A DNA stretch of 64,000 nucleotides from Alphaproteobacteria bacterium. GTDB taxonomy: Bacteria; Pseudomonadota; Alphaproteobacteria; SP197. The notes under the pieces are model-generated. The model was not told where the DNA came from, searched no databases, and saw nothing but the letters and a program-made list of their open reading frames with translations. Made by a program: the position numbers and the translations under genes. Location: assembly GCA_016869675.1 (NCBI GenBank), contig VGDP01000007.1, forward strand, positions 4,286 to 68,285, written 5' to 3'. Shown here piece after piece: positions 32,959-42,992 of the stretch. Position 1 is the stretch's first letter, and each line of letters opens with the position of its first letter.

Positions 32959-33477
32959 TCAGCCGGCCAACTGGGCCTTCTTGGCCTTGGCCAGCTTGCG
33001 CAGGATGATGCCGCGCTTCAGCGCGGAGATGTGGTCGACGAACAGCGTGCCGTCCAGGTGGTCGATCTCGTGCTGGACGCAGGTGGCGAGCAGGCCGTCG
33101 GCCTCGAGTTCGGCCGCGCGGTTGTCCACATCGGTGTAGCGCACGCGCATTCGCGCCGGGCGCTCCACCTCCGCGTAATGCTCGGGCAGCGACAGGCAGC
33201 CCTCCTCGTAGGTCGCCACGTCCTCCGAGCGCCAGGTGACCACCGGGTCTACCAGGCGCAGCGGGCTGGGCGGTTCGTTCTGGCCCGCGACGTCGACCAC
33301 GATCAGCCGCCTGGGCGCGCCCACCTGGATCGCCGCCAGGCCGATGCCCGGCGCCAGGTACATGGTCTCGAGCATGTCGTCGAGCAGCCGGCGCACGGCC
33401 GCATCCACCGCACCGACCGAGGCGGAGACGACTTTCAGGCGCCGGTCGGGCGCGGTGATGACGGGCAGGATCGCCAT
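32959..33477 (-). CDS. def: peptide deformylase
   Basis: GIGLAAIQVG, EGCLS, QHEIDHLDG. Confidence 0.97.
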   Translation of the reverse strand: MAILPVITAPDRRLKVVSASVGAVDAAVRRLLDDMLETMYLAPGIGLAAIQVGAPRRLIVVDVAGQNEPPSPLRLVDPVVTWRSEDVATYEEGCLSLPEHYAEVERPARMRVRYTDVDNRAAELEADGLLATCVQHEIDHLDGTLFVDHISALKRGIILRKLAKAKKAQLAG

Positions 33478-33526
33478 GGTCGGGCTGTGGTTAGCGCCCG
33501 TTAGGTAGGCGTGCGCGCCGTGCTGG

Positions 33527-34987
33527 TCAAGGCTTCAGGCGCGTGATCGCCGCTGACTCGACCGCCTCGGGTGCCTGCAGGGCGCGCGTCGTGGAGACCA
33601 CGGGCGGCACGGCGACCGGATCGGCGAAATCCGGTACCGCCTTGAGGTCGCGGAACTTGCGCGCCGTGGCGAGCAGGCGGAGTTCCATCGAGCCGACCGC
33701 CTCGTTGTAGGCGTTGATGGCGCCGGTCAGGCTGCGGCCCATGCGGGTCCACATCTCGGCCACGACACCGATGCGGTCGTAGAGCTCCTTGCCCAGCCGG
33801 CTGATCTCGGCCGCGTTCTCGGCCAGCCGTTCCTGGCGCCAGCCGTAGGCGCCGGCCTTCAACAGACCGATCAGGGTGGTCGGGTTGGCTAGGATGACGC
33901 CGGCCTCGACGCTCGATTCGATCAGCGCCGGGTCGTGCTGGAGTGCCGCGCTGAAGAACGTTTCGCCCGGCAGGAACAGCACCACGAACTCGGGCGTCGG
34001 CTGGAACTGGTCCCAGTACTGCTTGGCGGCGAGCTTCTTGACGTGGTCGCGGATCTGCCGCGCGTGGCTCGCCATGCGATCGCGGCGGATTGTCTCGTCG
34101 GTCGACTCGATGGCGTCGAGATAGGCGGCGAGCGGCGCCTTGGCGTCGACCACCAGCGTCTTGCCGCCGGGCAGGCGCACGATCAGGTCGGGGCGCAGCG
34201 CGCCCTCAACGCCGGCGCGTGTCTCCTGCTCGACGAAGTCGCAGTGCTCGATCATGCCGGCCAACTCGACAACGCGGCGCAACTGCATCTCGCCCCAGCG
34301 GCCGCGCACCTGCGGCGCGCGCAGCGCGGTGACCAAGTTGGCGGTCTCGGCGCGCAGGCCGCTCTGGCCCTCGCGCAGGGCGGCGACCTGCTCGACCAGG
34401 CCGGCGTAGGCGCCGGCGCGCGCCTGCTCCAATTCGCCGATCCTCGCCTCGAACTTGCCCAGCGCCTCGCGCACCGGGCCGACCAGGCTGGCGATCGCCT
34501 GCTCGCGCTGGGCCAGGTCGCCCTTGGCGTTCTCGTTGAACGTCTTGAGGTTCTCCTGGGCCAGGCGCAGGAAGGCCTCGGAACTGCCGTGCAGCGCCCG
34601 GCCCGCCAAGGTCTCGAAGGTCTGGGTCAGACGCGCCTCGGCCTCGACCAGCGCCATGTGCTGGCGCTCGAAGGCCTCGTGGTCCTTGGCGTGCTGGACG
34701 CGCGCCTCAGCCAGCGCCACCTGGGCATCACGCGCCTCGATGCGCAGCGCGCGCAGCTCGTCCTCGCGCCGGCCGAGTTCGGAGCGCCGTTCGTCGTCCA
34801 GCCGTTCGGCCGCCGCCAGCCGTTCGCCGAGCGCCACGGCGGTGGCGTCCGAGCGAGCATGGCGAGCCCGCGCGAACACCGCGACCAGCACCGCACCCAC
34901 CAGCAGGCCGAGGACCAGGGCGGCCAGCACCAGGCCAGGCAATCCGAGCGCCAGTCGCGCTTGGTCAAGAGCCTGAACAAGGATCAT
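33527..34987 (-). CDS. rmuC: DNA recombination protein RmuC
   Basis: N-terminal TM and coiled coil, [31 protein letters not shown]. Confidence 0.92.
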   Translation of the reverse strand: MILVQALDQARLALGLPGLVLAALVLGLLVGAVLVAVFARARHARSDATAVALGERLAAAERLDDERRSELGRREDELRALRIEARDAQVALAEARVQHAKDHEAFERQHMALVEAEARLTQTFETLAGRALHGSSEAFLRLAQENLKTFNENAKGDLAQREQAIASLVGPVREALGKFEARIGELEQARAGAYAGLVEQVAALREGQSGLRAETANLVTALRAPQVRGRWGEMQLRRVVELAGMIEHCDFVEQETRAGVEGALRPDLIVRLPGGKTLVVDAKAPLAAYLDAIESTDETIRRDRMASHARQIRDHVKKLAAKQYWDQFQPTPEFVVLFLPGETFFSAALQHDPALIESSVEAGVILANPTTLIGLLKAGAYGWRQERLAENAAEISRLGKELYDRIGVVAEMWTRMGRSLTGAINAYNEAVGSMELRLLATARKFRDLKAVPDFADPVAVPPVVSTTRALQAPEAVESAAITRLKP

Positions 34988-35035
34988 CGCAAGAACATAC
35001 CAGAAACTTCGGGACGACTGGGGGAGATTCCAAGG

Positions 35036-35512
35036 CTACGCGGAGCGCCGGATTCCCACCCCCTGGCCGGCCACGGCGGGCCTGGGCAGGCCCGCGTGCT
35101 CGGCCATCACCGCGTCGAGCCGGGCGCGCACGTGGGTGGCGAACGGCGCGGCGCGGCGCGTCGCCAGGTCGATGTGGATCTCGATCAGCTCGGTCATGGC
35201 TACGTCGTAGCCGTCGCGCGTCTGGCGGATGGTCGCGAACGTGACCAGCTTGTTGTGGTCGAGGTCGAGCATCTGGACGGTGACCTCGAGCGGATCGTCC
35301 AGCATGACCTCGCGCCGGTACCAGTGGCATTCCTGCAGGGCGAAGATTGTCGTGCCGCGATCCAGTAAGTTGGCGCGCGTCAGGCCGATATGGCGGTAGA
35401 ACGCGATCACGCCCTTGTCGAACACCGGCGTGTACGACCGGATGCCCATGTGGCCGTTGTGATCGACCCAGCGTGGCTTGACCGTGGTGCGGTGACCGAC
35501 GAACGGCGCCAT
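35036..35512 (-). CDS. hotdog-fold thioesterase (4HBT-like)
   Basis: WVDHNGHM...Y...FD, FALQE...YRREV, IHIDL..RRAAPF. Confidence 0.75.
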   Translation of the reverse strand: MAPFVGHRTTVKPRWVDHNGHMGIRSYTPVFDKGVIAFYRHIGLTRANLLDRGTTIFALQECHWYRREVMLDDPLEVTVQMLDLDHNKLVTFATIRQTRDGYDVAMTELIEIHIDLATRRAAPFATHVRARLDAVMAEHAGLPRPAVAGQGVGIRRSA

Positions 35513-35592
35513 GATGTTCTCCCCGGTTGGCACGTCCGTGTAGACGGGGCGGCGGTCTGGCGCCAAGCTGTTTCAAGAGCGTGGAGGACGCC

Positions 35593-36461
35593 ATGGACGT
35601 GACACCCCTGCATCCCCGGTTCGGCGTGCGCGTAACAGGTGGCGACCTGCGCGCGGTGACGGCGACCGCCGGCTACCCCGCGCTCCGCGCGTTGTTCGAG
35701 GAGCACTCGCTGCTCCGCTTCCCCGGGCAGGACTTGGATGACGACGCCCATCTGGCGTTCGGCACGTTGCTCAGCACCATCGAGATCCGTGAGAAGGATA
35801 CGACCGGCCTGCGCCCGACGATTTCGCCGGTCAGCAACGTGCGTGACGACGCGACGCTGGTGCCCGAGGCCGACCATGGCTTGATGAACCTGAAGGCCAA
35901 CCAGCTCTGGCACACCGATTCGACCTTCTTGCCGGTGCCAACCCTGGCCAACATCCTGGCGGCGCGGGTGCTGCCGCGCCACGGCGGCGAGACCGAGTTC
36001 GTCGCGACGCCCGCAGCCTACGCCGACAGGCCGAGGGCTTGCGCGCGCGGGCGCGCAACGCCGTGCTGCGCCATCGCTACGCCCACTCGCGTGCCAATAT
36101 CTCGGCCGAGCTGGCCAAGGGCGACCTGTTCGCCATGTGGTCCGACCAGCTCTGGCGCGCGATGTGGCACAACCCGGTCAACGGCCGCGACGCCCTCTAC
36201 ATCGCCTCGCACGTCTGCGCCGTCGAAGGGCTCGACGAGACCGCGGGCCGCGCCCTGATCGACGAACTCACGGCGTGGTGCACGCGCCCCGCCTATGTCT
36301 ACTGCCACGCCTGGGTGCCCGGGGATGTGCTGATCTGGGACGAGCGCGCGACGCTGCACCGCGGTCGGCCGTGGCCCTACGACCAGGCGCGCACGCCGGC
36401 CAGCATCTGCGTCTCGGTTGGCCCGGACGACGGCCTGGAGAGCATCCGACCGGCGGCCTGA
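35593..36461 (+). pseudogene. TauD/TfdA-family Fe(II)/2OG dioxygenase, frameshifted near 36030
   Basis: WHTDSTF (HxD), GGETEF in the first frame; LYIASH, GDVLIWDERATLHRG in the second. Confidence 0.85.
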
Positions 36462-36540
36462 CGGCCGCCACGTACGCTGTTAGCTTATGGTTAACATGCC
36501 CTAGCGATCCTACACGTCGACCAAGAGGAGGCTCAGCGCC

Positions 36541-37500
36541 ATGCTCGACGGATTCCTGATCTTCGCCGCATTCATCGTCATCCTCGCGATCGTGCTGCTC
36601 TATTCGGGCATCAAGGTGGTGCCCCAGGGCGCCGAGTGGACGGTCGAGCGCTTCGGTCGCTACACCCACACCCTGCGGCCTGGCCTCGCTCTGATCATCC
36701 CGCTGGTCGACCGGGTCGGCGCGCGCATCAACATGCGCGAGACCGTGCTGGACGTGCCCTCGCAGGACGTCATCACCCAGGACAACGCCGTGGTCCGCGT
36801 CGACGGCGTGGTGTTCTTCCAGGTGGTCGACGCGCCCAAGGCGGCCTACGAGGTGACCGACCTGGAGGTCGCCATCCTCAACCTGGTCATGACCAACATC
36901 CGCACGGTCATGGGCTCGATGGTGCTGGACAGCCTGCTCAGCGAACGCAACGCCATCAACGCCAAGCTCCTGTCGGTGGTGGACGAGGCGACCACGCCGT
37001 GGGGCGTCAAGGTCACCCGCATCGAGATCAAGGACATCGCGCCGCCCCAGGACCTAGTCGATTCCATGGCGCGCCAGATGAAGGCAGAGCGCGACCGGCG
37101 CGCCTCGGTCACCGAGGCCGAAGGCGTCAAGCGGTCCCAGATCCTGAAGGCCGAAGGCGAGAAGGAAGCGACCATCCGCCAGGCGGAAGGCCAGAAGGAA
37201 GCGGCAATCCGCGAGGCCGAGGGCCGGCGCGAGGCGGCGTTCCGCGACGCCGAGGCGCGCGAGCGCGCCGCCGAGGCCGAGGCCAAGGCGACCCAGATGG
37301 TGTCGCAGGCCATCGCCTCGGGCAACATGCAGGCGATTAACTACTTCGTCGCCCAGCGCTACGTCGACACGCTCAAGGCGTTCGCCACCTCGCCCAACCA
37401 GAAGATCCTGATGATGCCGCTCGAGGTGTCCAACCTGATCGGCGCCATCGGCGGCATCGCCGAGATCGCCAAGCAGGCGTTCCCGCCGCAGAGGACCTAG
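36541..37500 (+). CDS. qmcA: SPFH/stomatin-like protein (QmcA-like)
   Basis: TVERFGRY, QDVIT.DNA.V.VD, WGVKVTRIEIKDI, MARQMKAER, INYFVAQRY. Confidence 0.9.
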   Translation: MLDGFLIFAAFIVILAIVLLYSGIKVVPQGAEWTVERFGRYTHTLRPGLALIIPLVDRVGARINMRETVLDVPSQDVITQDNAVVRVDGVVFFQVVDAPKAAYEVTDLEVAILNLVMTNIRTVMGSMVLDSLLSERNAINAKLLSVVDEATTPWGVKVTRIEIKDIAPPQDLVDSMARQMKAERDRRASVTEAEGVKRSQILKAEGEKEATIRQAEGQKEAAIREAEGRREAAFRDAEARERAAEAEAKATQMVSQAIASGNMQAINYFVAQRYVDTLKAFATSPNQKILMMPLEVSNLIGAIGGIAEIAKQAFPPQRT

Positions 37501-37504
37501 CGCC

Positions 37505-37954
37505 ATGCTGTCGAACATCACGGTCGAGTACTGGCACTGGTGGGTGCTGGGGGTCGTCCTGCTGATCCTCGAGGTGTTCGCGCCCGGCGCGTTCATGCTG
37601 TGGCTCGGCATCTCGGCCGGCGTAGTAGGCGCGCTCGTGCTGATCGCGCCCGCGATGGCATTGAAGATTCAGCTTCTGGTCTTCGCGATCCTGGGCGTGG
37701 CCAGCATCGTCGCCTGGCGGCTCTACGTGAAGCGCAACCCGCCGCCGCCGACCGACGAGCCGACGCTGAACCGGCGCGGCACCCAGTACATCGGCCGCGT
37801 GTTCACCCTGGACGACGCGATCGTCAACGGTGTCGGCAAGCTGATCATCGACGACACGACATGGAAGGTCGCCGGCTCCGACCTGGCGCCTGGCGCGCGC
37901 GTGCGCGTGGTCCGGGTCGACAACACGGTTCTGATGGTCGAGGCGGTCGTCTAG
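37505..37954 (+). CDS. NfeD-family (YbbJ-like) membrane partner of the SPFH protein
   Basis: WHWWVLG..LLILE..APG, LNRRG.QYIGR, DTTWKV.G. Confidence 0.88.
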   Translation: MLSNITVEYWHWWVLGVVLLILEVFAPGAFMLWLGISAGVVGALVLIAPAMALKIQLLVFAILGVASIVAWRLYVKRNPPPPTDEPTLNRRGTQYIGRVFTLDDAIVNGVGKLIIDDTTWKVAGSDLAPGARVRVVRVDNTVLMVEAVV

Positions 37955-37999
37955 CGCCGCCGTAAGGGCGGTTCCGGGGGTCCCGCAGTCACGCCGTCC

Positions 38000-38109
38000 G
38001 TCATTCCCGGGCCGGCCGCAGGCTGGTACCGGGGATCCAGGGACGACGTGCGGGACGATGGCCCTGGACTCCCGGTTCGCCGCGCGCGCGGCGGCGACCG
38101 GGAGTGACA
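38000..38109. repeat. GTCA...TGACA cruciform repeat, copy 3 (opposite orientation)
   Basis: Reverse complement matches the arms of copies 1, 2 and 4. Confidence 0.8.
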
Positions 38110-38143
38110 GCAAACCGGTGACCGCGCTTCTCTTGAAACGGCG

Positions 38144-38327
38144 CTAGAGCGCGTTCCGTTCAGGTTGGTTCGCGCCGACACCCCCACCCCGCGATGCGGG
38201 CTGCTCCCCGCATCGCACCTCCTCCATCGAGGGGGAGGAAGCTGCGATGGCGCCAACCTGCGTCCCCTCCTCCCTTGTGGGGAAGGGACAGGGTGAGGGG
38301 TATCAACCCGATCGGACGTTGCTCTAG
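38144..38327. repeat. CTAGAGC...GCTCTAG MITE-like element with a CCC(T)CACCC-family repeat (38181-38300) nested inside
   Basis: Termini CTAGAGCGCGTTCCGTTCAGGTTG / CAACCCGATCGGACGTTGCTCTAG; 18 bp identical to 56928-56945. Confidence 0.75.
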
Positions 38328-38329
38328 CG

Positions 38330-38923
38330 TCAGAGTTCGCGCCGGGCGCGCAGCGCGGCGCCGAGCGTCCCCTCGTCGAGGTACTCGATCTCGCCGCCCA
38401 CGGGCACGCCGTGGGCCAGCCGGCTGACCGTGACGCCGGCCTCGGCGAGGCGTTCGGCCACGTAGTGGGCGGTGGTCTGGCCCTCGACCGTGGCGTTGGT
38501 GGCCAGGATCACCTCGGTCACGCGGCCCTGGCCGACCCGGGCCACGAGTTGCTCGATGGCCAGGTCGTCGGGCGCGATGCCGTCCAGCGCCGACAGCGCC
38601 CCGCCCAGCACGTGATAGCGCCCGCGAAAGGCCGCCGCGCGCTCGATGGCCCACAGATCGGCCACCCCTTCGACGACGCAGATCACTGAGGCGTCACGGC
38701 GCTCGTCGCGGCAGACGGCGCACGGGTCCTCGGTGTCCAGGTTGCCGCACACCGAGCACGGCCGGACGCGCGCCCCCGCCGTGCCCAGCGCCGCCACCAG
38801 CGGGTCCAGCAGCGTCTCGCGACGTTCCAGCAGGTGCAGCACGATGCGGCGGGCCGAGCGCGGGCCGAGGCCCGGTAGCCTGGCCAGCAGGGCGACCAGG
38901 CGCTCGATCTCCGAGCCACCCAT
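38330..38923 (-). CDS. recR: recombination mediator RecR
   Basis: [12 protein letters not shown]4 zinc finger, [27 protein letters not shown]. Confidence 0.97.
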   Translation of the reverse strand: MGGSEIERLVALLARLPGLGPRSARRIVLHLLERRETLLDPLVAALGTAGARVRPCSVCGNLDTEDPCAVCRDERRDASVICVVEGVADLWAIERAAAFRGRYHVLGGALSALDGIAPDDLAIEQLVARVGQGRVTEVILATNATVEGQTTAHYVAERLAEAGVTVSRLAHGVPVGGEIEYLDEGTLGAALRARREL

Positions 38924-38929
38924 GGGGCG

Positions 38930-39253
38930 TCAGAACGGCAGCTTCATGCCCGGCGGCAGGCCGAGCCCGCCGGTCAGCTTGCCCATCTCCTCGGCGACCA
39001 TGCGCTCGACCTTGGCGCGCGCGTCGTTGACCGCGGCAACCACCAGGTCCTCGAGCAACGTGGAATCGGCTGGATCGACGATCTTCGGGTCGATCTTCAG
39101 CGCCCGCAGATCGCCCTTGCCGGTCATGGTCGCCGTGACCATGCCGCCGCCGGCGGCGCCCTCGACGACCAGGTCGCCCAGCGCGTTCTGCATCTCGCCC
39201 ATGCGCTGCTGCAACTGCTGGGCCTGCTTGAGCATCTTGCCGATGTTGGTCAT
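38930..39253 (-). CDS. ybaB: YbaB/EbfC nucleoid-associated protein
   Basis: MLKQAQQLQ, GAAGGGMV, LEDLVVAAVNDA, PPGMKLPF. Confidence 0.93.
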   Translation of the reverse strand: MTNIGKMLKQAQQLQQRMGEMQNALGDLVVEGAAGGGMVTATMTGKGDLRALKIDPKIVDPADSTLLEDLVVAAVNDARAKVERMVAEEMGKLTGGLGLPPGMKLPF

Positions 39254-40947
39254 GAACCTTCGTCTCCTGGTGCCTCGTTCGCCGGTCGGGGGCGGATCGC
39301 CGTGATGGTCGCGCCGGGGAACGCGGCGAGCGCGGCGGCGACAAGCGGGTCCTGGGCGGCCTCGGCGCGCCGGCGCGCCTCCGCCTCGGCAGCCTGTTCG
39401 TTCAGGGTGGACGACCATGTGCCGGTTCCAGGCACCACCGTCCAGCGCGTGCCCGTCCAATGCTCGAGCCGCGCGCTCAACTGCTGCGCCAGGTCGGCGG
39501 GCGCGCCGTCGGCGGGGCTGAACTCGATGCGGCCGGGCTCGAAGCGGATCAGGCGCACGTAACGGCGGAACAGGCCGGCCAGGATGCCTTCGCGCGCCGC
39601 CTCGGCGCGAGCCACCAGCTCCGCGAACGTGGTCGGCGCGCCCTTAAGCGCGGGCGTCGCGGCCTCGTCGGGCGACGGGGGTGCCGCGCGCGCGGCAAGG
39701 GCGCCGCCGCCGGTGGCGACCGGCGCGGGGCGCGCCGGCGGTGTCTCAGCCTTGCGTGGCGTGGGGCGCGCCGCGCCCTCGCCGGTCGCGGGCGCGCCGG
39801 CCAGCGCGCCCGGCGGCGGCAGGTCGGCGACATAGGCCAGACGCACCAGCACCATCTCGGCAGCGCCGAGCGCCGAGGGCGCCTGGCGCGCCTCGGCCAG
39901 GCCCTTCAGCAGCATCTGCCAAGCGCGCGCCAGCACCGGCATGGACAACGTCGCCGCCATGGCGCCGCCGCGCACGCGCTCTGCCTCGGGCACGGCGATG
40001 TCCTGGGCCGCTGCCGGCACGACCTTGACCAGCGTCAGCCAGTGCACGAGCTCCAGCAGGTCCTGCAGCACGACCAGCGGGTCGACGCCAGCGTCGTACT
40101 GGCGGCGCAACTCGACCAGCGCGTCCGCCGGCCGGCCAGCCAGGGTCGCCTCGAGCAGGTCGAACACGTTGGTGCGGTCCGCCAGGCCGAGCATGGCGCG
40201 CACCGCGTCCTCGTCGACCGTGCCGTCGCCGTGGGCGATCGCCTGGTCCAAGAGCGACAGGCCGTCGCGCACCGAGCCGTCGGCGGCGCGCGCGATCAGG
40301 CGGATCGCGCCGTCGCCGACCCGCGCGCCCTCGGCCGCTGCGATGCGCGCGAAATGCTCGGCCAGCACGTCGGCATCGACCCGGCGCAGGTCGAAGCGCT
40401 GGCAGCGCGACAGAACGGTGACTGGCACCTTGCGCGCCTCGGTGGTGGCGAACACGAAGCGCACATGCGGCGGCGGCTCCTCGAGGGTCTTCAACAGGGC
40501 GTTGAAGGCCTGCAGGGACAGCATGTGGATCTCGTCGATGATGTAGACCTTGTAGCGCGCCGAGGCCGGCAGATAGCGCGCGCCATCGATCAACTCGCGC
40601 ACGTCGTCGATGCCGGTGCGGCTGGCCGCGTCCATCTCGAGCACGTCGACGTGGCGGTCCTCGGCGATCGCCCGGCAGTGGTCGCACTGGCCGCACGGCG
40701 TCGCGGTGGGACGATCGAGCGAGCCGTCGGCGCCGACGCAGTTGAGCGCGCGCGCGATGATGCGCGCCGTCGTCGTCTTGCCGATGCCGCGCACGCCGGT
40801 CAGCAGGTAGGCCTGGGCGATGCGCCCGGCGGCGAAGGCGTTGCCGAGCGTGCGCACCAGCACGTCCTGACCGATCAAGGTCTCGAACGTGGTCGGCCGG
40901 TACTTGCGCGCCAGCACGCGGTAGGGCGACGGCGAGGGCTTGGTCAT
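39250..40947 (-). CDS. dnaX: DNA polymerase III gamma/tau
   Basis: YRVLARKYRP, GVRGIGKTT, EMDAAS, IIDEIHML, LSRCQRF, GSVRDGLSLLDQ. Confidence 0.97.
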   Translation of the reverse strand: MTKPSPSPYRVLARKYRPTTFETLIGQDVLVRTLGNAFAAGRIAQAYLLTGVRGIGKTTTARIIARALNCVGADGSLDRPTATPCGQCDHCRAIAEDRHVDVLEMDAASRTGIDDVRELIDGARYLPASARYKVYIIDEIHMLSLQAFNALLKTLEEPPPHVRFVFATTEARKVPVTVLSRCQRFDLRRVDADVLAEHFARIAAAEGARVGDGAIRLIARAADGSVRDGLSLLDQAIAHGDGTVDEDAVRAMLGLADRTNVFDLLEATLAGRPADALVELRRQYDAGVDPLVVLQDLLELVHWLTLVKVVPAAAQDIAVPEAERVRGGAMAATLSMPVLARAWQMLLKGLAEARQAPSALGAAEMVLVRLAYVADLPPPGALAGAPATGEGAARPTPRKAETPPARPAPVATGGGALAARAAPPSPDEAATPALKGAPTTFAELVARAEAAREGILAGLFRRYVRLIRFEPGRIEFSPADGAPADLAQQLSARLEHWTGTRWTVVPGTGTWSSTLNEQAAEAEARRRAEAAQDPLVAAALAAFPGATITAIRPRPANEAPGDEGS

Positions 40948-40975
40948 GGACGGACGATCGCGTGGCGCGGACGGG

Positions 40976-41072
40976 TAGGAGGCTGGCAATCGACCCGGAA
41001 CGCACCCGTTACGGCTGCTTCCTTCCGGACCTGGCCGGGTTGGCGGGCCTTTCCGTCCGCGCCAACCTCCCG
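40976..41072 (-). ncRNA. ffs: signal recognition particle RNA (4.5S)
   Basis: Minus strand contains CAGGTCCGGAAGGAAGCAGC (SRP domain IV) with paired ends GGAGGTTGGC/GCCAGCCTCC; typical position upstream of dnaX. Confidence 0.93.
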
Positions 41073-41173
41073 CCGCCACTATCCGCATCCCATGCGGCCT
41101 TGGCAACCCCGCCGCCGGAGGACGCGGCACCCCCGTGGACGGGCGCGCCGCCGCCGTGCCAGTGTCCCGCGCC

Positions 41174-42085
41174 ATGTGGAAGGTCAACGTCTTCGCCGCC
41201 AGTCCGCTCGACCGGGTCGCGCACCGGCGCGCCGACGCGGCGTGGCTGGCCGAGCGCCTGACCCACCCGGCCAGCCGGTTCGTGCCGGTCTGGCGCACGC
41301 GCAGCCTGATCGTGGCCGGCGAAGCGAGCCGCGCCGTGCTGCTGGACCCGGACCGCGCCGCCGCGCTGATCGCCGGCGGCGCCCAGGCGACCTTCCTGGG
41401 CCAGGCGGGCGAGGCCGCGCACTTCGCGCTCGACCTGTCGCACCTGAACGAGGACGCGGTGCACGCGCTCGGCCACGCGGCCGAGGCGGCGGACCTATGG
41501 GCGATCGGCGCGACGCTGGAGCGGGACGATGCGGCGATCCTGGCGCACGCCCGCGCCCTGGTCACCTGGCACGCGCGGCACCGCTTCTGCGGCGCGTGCG
41601 GGGCGCCGACCGCACCGCGCGACGCCGGCCACGTGCGCGGCTGCACCGACCCGGCTTGCGGTGCGGTGCATTTCCCGCGCACCGACCCGGCGGTCATCAT
41701 GCTGGTGACCTACGGCGACCGCTGCCTGCTGGGGCAGCAGAAGTCGTGGGCCGAGCCGGTCTATTCGACGCTCGCGGGCTTCGTCGAGCCGGGCGAGAGC
41801 CTGGAGGAGGCGGTGGCGCGCGAGGTCATGGAGGAGGTCGGCGTGTCGCTGACCAACGTGGTCTACCACTCCTCGCAGCCGTGGCCCTTTCCGCTCTCGA
41901 TCATGCTGGGCTTCACCGCCGAGGCCGCGGCCGACCGACTGGTCATCGACAATGTCGAGATCGCCGACGCCAAGTGGCTGACCCGCGCCGAGCTGCGCGA
42001 CCCCGAGTCGCTGGGTTTCCGCCTGCCGCGCAAGCTCTCGATCGCGCGCCACCTGGTGGACGACTGGCTGGCGCTGGAGCCATAA
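41174..42085 (+). CDS. nudC: NAD(H) pyrophosphatase
   Basis: RFCGACG, FPRTDPAVI, Nudix box GFVEPGESLEEAVAREVMEEVG, SQPWPFP. Confidence 0.94.
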   Translation: MWKVNVFAASPLDRVAHRRADAAWLAERLTHPASRFVPVWRTRSLIVAGEASRAVLLDPDRAAALIAGGAQATFLGQAGEAAHFALDLSHLNEDAVHALGHAAEAADLWAIGATLERDDAAILAHARALVTWHARHRFCGACGAPTAPRDAGHVRGCTDPACGAVHFPRTDPAVIMLVTYGDRCLLGQQKSWAEPVYSTLAGFVEPGESLEEAVAREVMEEVGVSLTNVVYHSSQPWPFPLSIMLGFTAEAAADRLVIDNVEIADAKWLTRAELRDPESLGFRLPRKLSIARHLVDDWLALEP

Positions 42086-42099
42086 GTGAGCGCGGCCCG

Positions 42100-42127
42100 T
42101 TGACATCTTACGGCATTGCCGTATAGT
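42100..42127 (+). promoter_or_regulatory. TA operon promoter with internal operator palindrome
   Basis: TTGACA-N16-TATAGT; TACGGCA-T-TGCCGTA (42109-42123); toxin ATG only 7 nt after the -10. Confidence 0.75.
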
Positions 42128-42133
42128 CTCGGC

Positions 42134-42835
42134 ATGCACGTCGTCATCGAAACACCGACCTTCGTTTGGGGTGCGAAGGCGGCGGGACTCGACGACGATG
42201 AACGGAGCGCGATCATCGAGCGGATCGCGCGCGATCCGATGGCCGGCTCGTTGATCCCTGGTACGGGAGGGGCGCGCAAGGTTCGTTTCGCCGGGCGCGG
42301 CAAGGGCAAGAGCGGCGGCTACAGGGTGATCACGTACCACGCGGGCCGCGATGTTCCGATCTTCATGCTCAACGTCTTCGGCAAGGGCGACCGCGTCGAC
42401 CTGACTCAGAGCGAGCGCAACGACCTGCGCCACACCCTCGGATCGATCATCGACGCCTACAGACAAGGAGCACGCAAGCGTGTCGAACGCCGGACGGAGA
42501 ATGCTGAAGAGTGCCAAGGAAGCGCTGGCCTATGCGCAGGGCAAGCCCGGTCGCGCCGGATTTGTCGTCCACATCCCGCGCGATATCGACGTAAGGTCCG
42601 TGCGGCGCCGCATGGGCATGAGCCAGGCCACCTTCGCCGCCCATTTCGGTGTCAGCCCGCGGACCGTCCAGGATTGGGAGCAGGGTCACCGCGCGCCATC
42701 GGGCCCCGCGCGGGCTTTCCTGACCGTCATCGACCGGGAGCCCGAGGCCGTCCGTCGCGCACTTCAGCTCGGATAGCAGGGCGCTGCGGACGTCGCCGGA
42801 GTCGTCATCGCAAGGCCACGCCGTGGCCGCGGTGA
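42134..42835 (+). CDS. type II TA toxin, HigB/RelE family, with a stopless C-terminal extension
   Basis: IPGTGGARKVRF...GKGKSGGYRVITY...FMLNVFGKG...LTQSERN; frame stays open to 42835. Confidence 0.8.
   Translation: MHVVIETPTFVWGAKAAGLDDDERSAIIERIARDPMAGSLIPGTGGARKVRFAGRGKGKSGGYRVITYHAGRDVPIFMLNVFGKGDRVDLTQSERNDLRHTLGSIIDAYRQGARKRVERRTENAEECQGSAGLCAGQARSRRICRPHPARYRRKVRAAPHGHEPGHLRRPFRCQPADRPGLGAGSPRAIGPRAGFPDRHRPGARGRPSRTSARIAGRCGRRRSRHRKATPWPR
42480..42776 (+). CDS. HigA-like Xre-HTH antitoxin
   Basis: IDVRSVR..MGMSQATFA..FGVSPRTVQDWEQG.RAPSGPARAFL.VI.REPEAV. Confidence 0.88.
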   Translation: MSNAGRRMLKSAKEALAYAQGKPGRAGFVVHIPRDIDVRSVRRRMGMSQATFAAHFGVSPRTVQDWEQGHRAPSGPARAFLTVIDREPEAVRRALQLG

Positions 42836-42992
42836 TCCAGGGAGCCCGGAAAACTCACGGTTTCACGGACTGCTTCGCCTGGCCTGAGCGACGCCGCAGG
42901 CTGTGTTGAAGGGTCCGGCTTCGCCCTCCTCGCGATCTGAGTCGATGACGCCGGGTCATGTCTTTCAACAGCCTCCTGGGCCGCGTCCCCGC

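Noticed and set aside
39250..40947. dnaX programmed frameshift signal
   Set aside because: No A-AAA-AAG or poly-A slippery run seen in the gene
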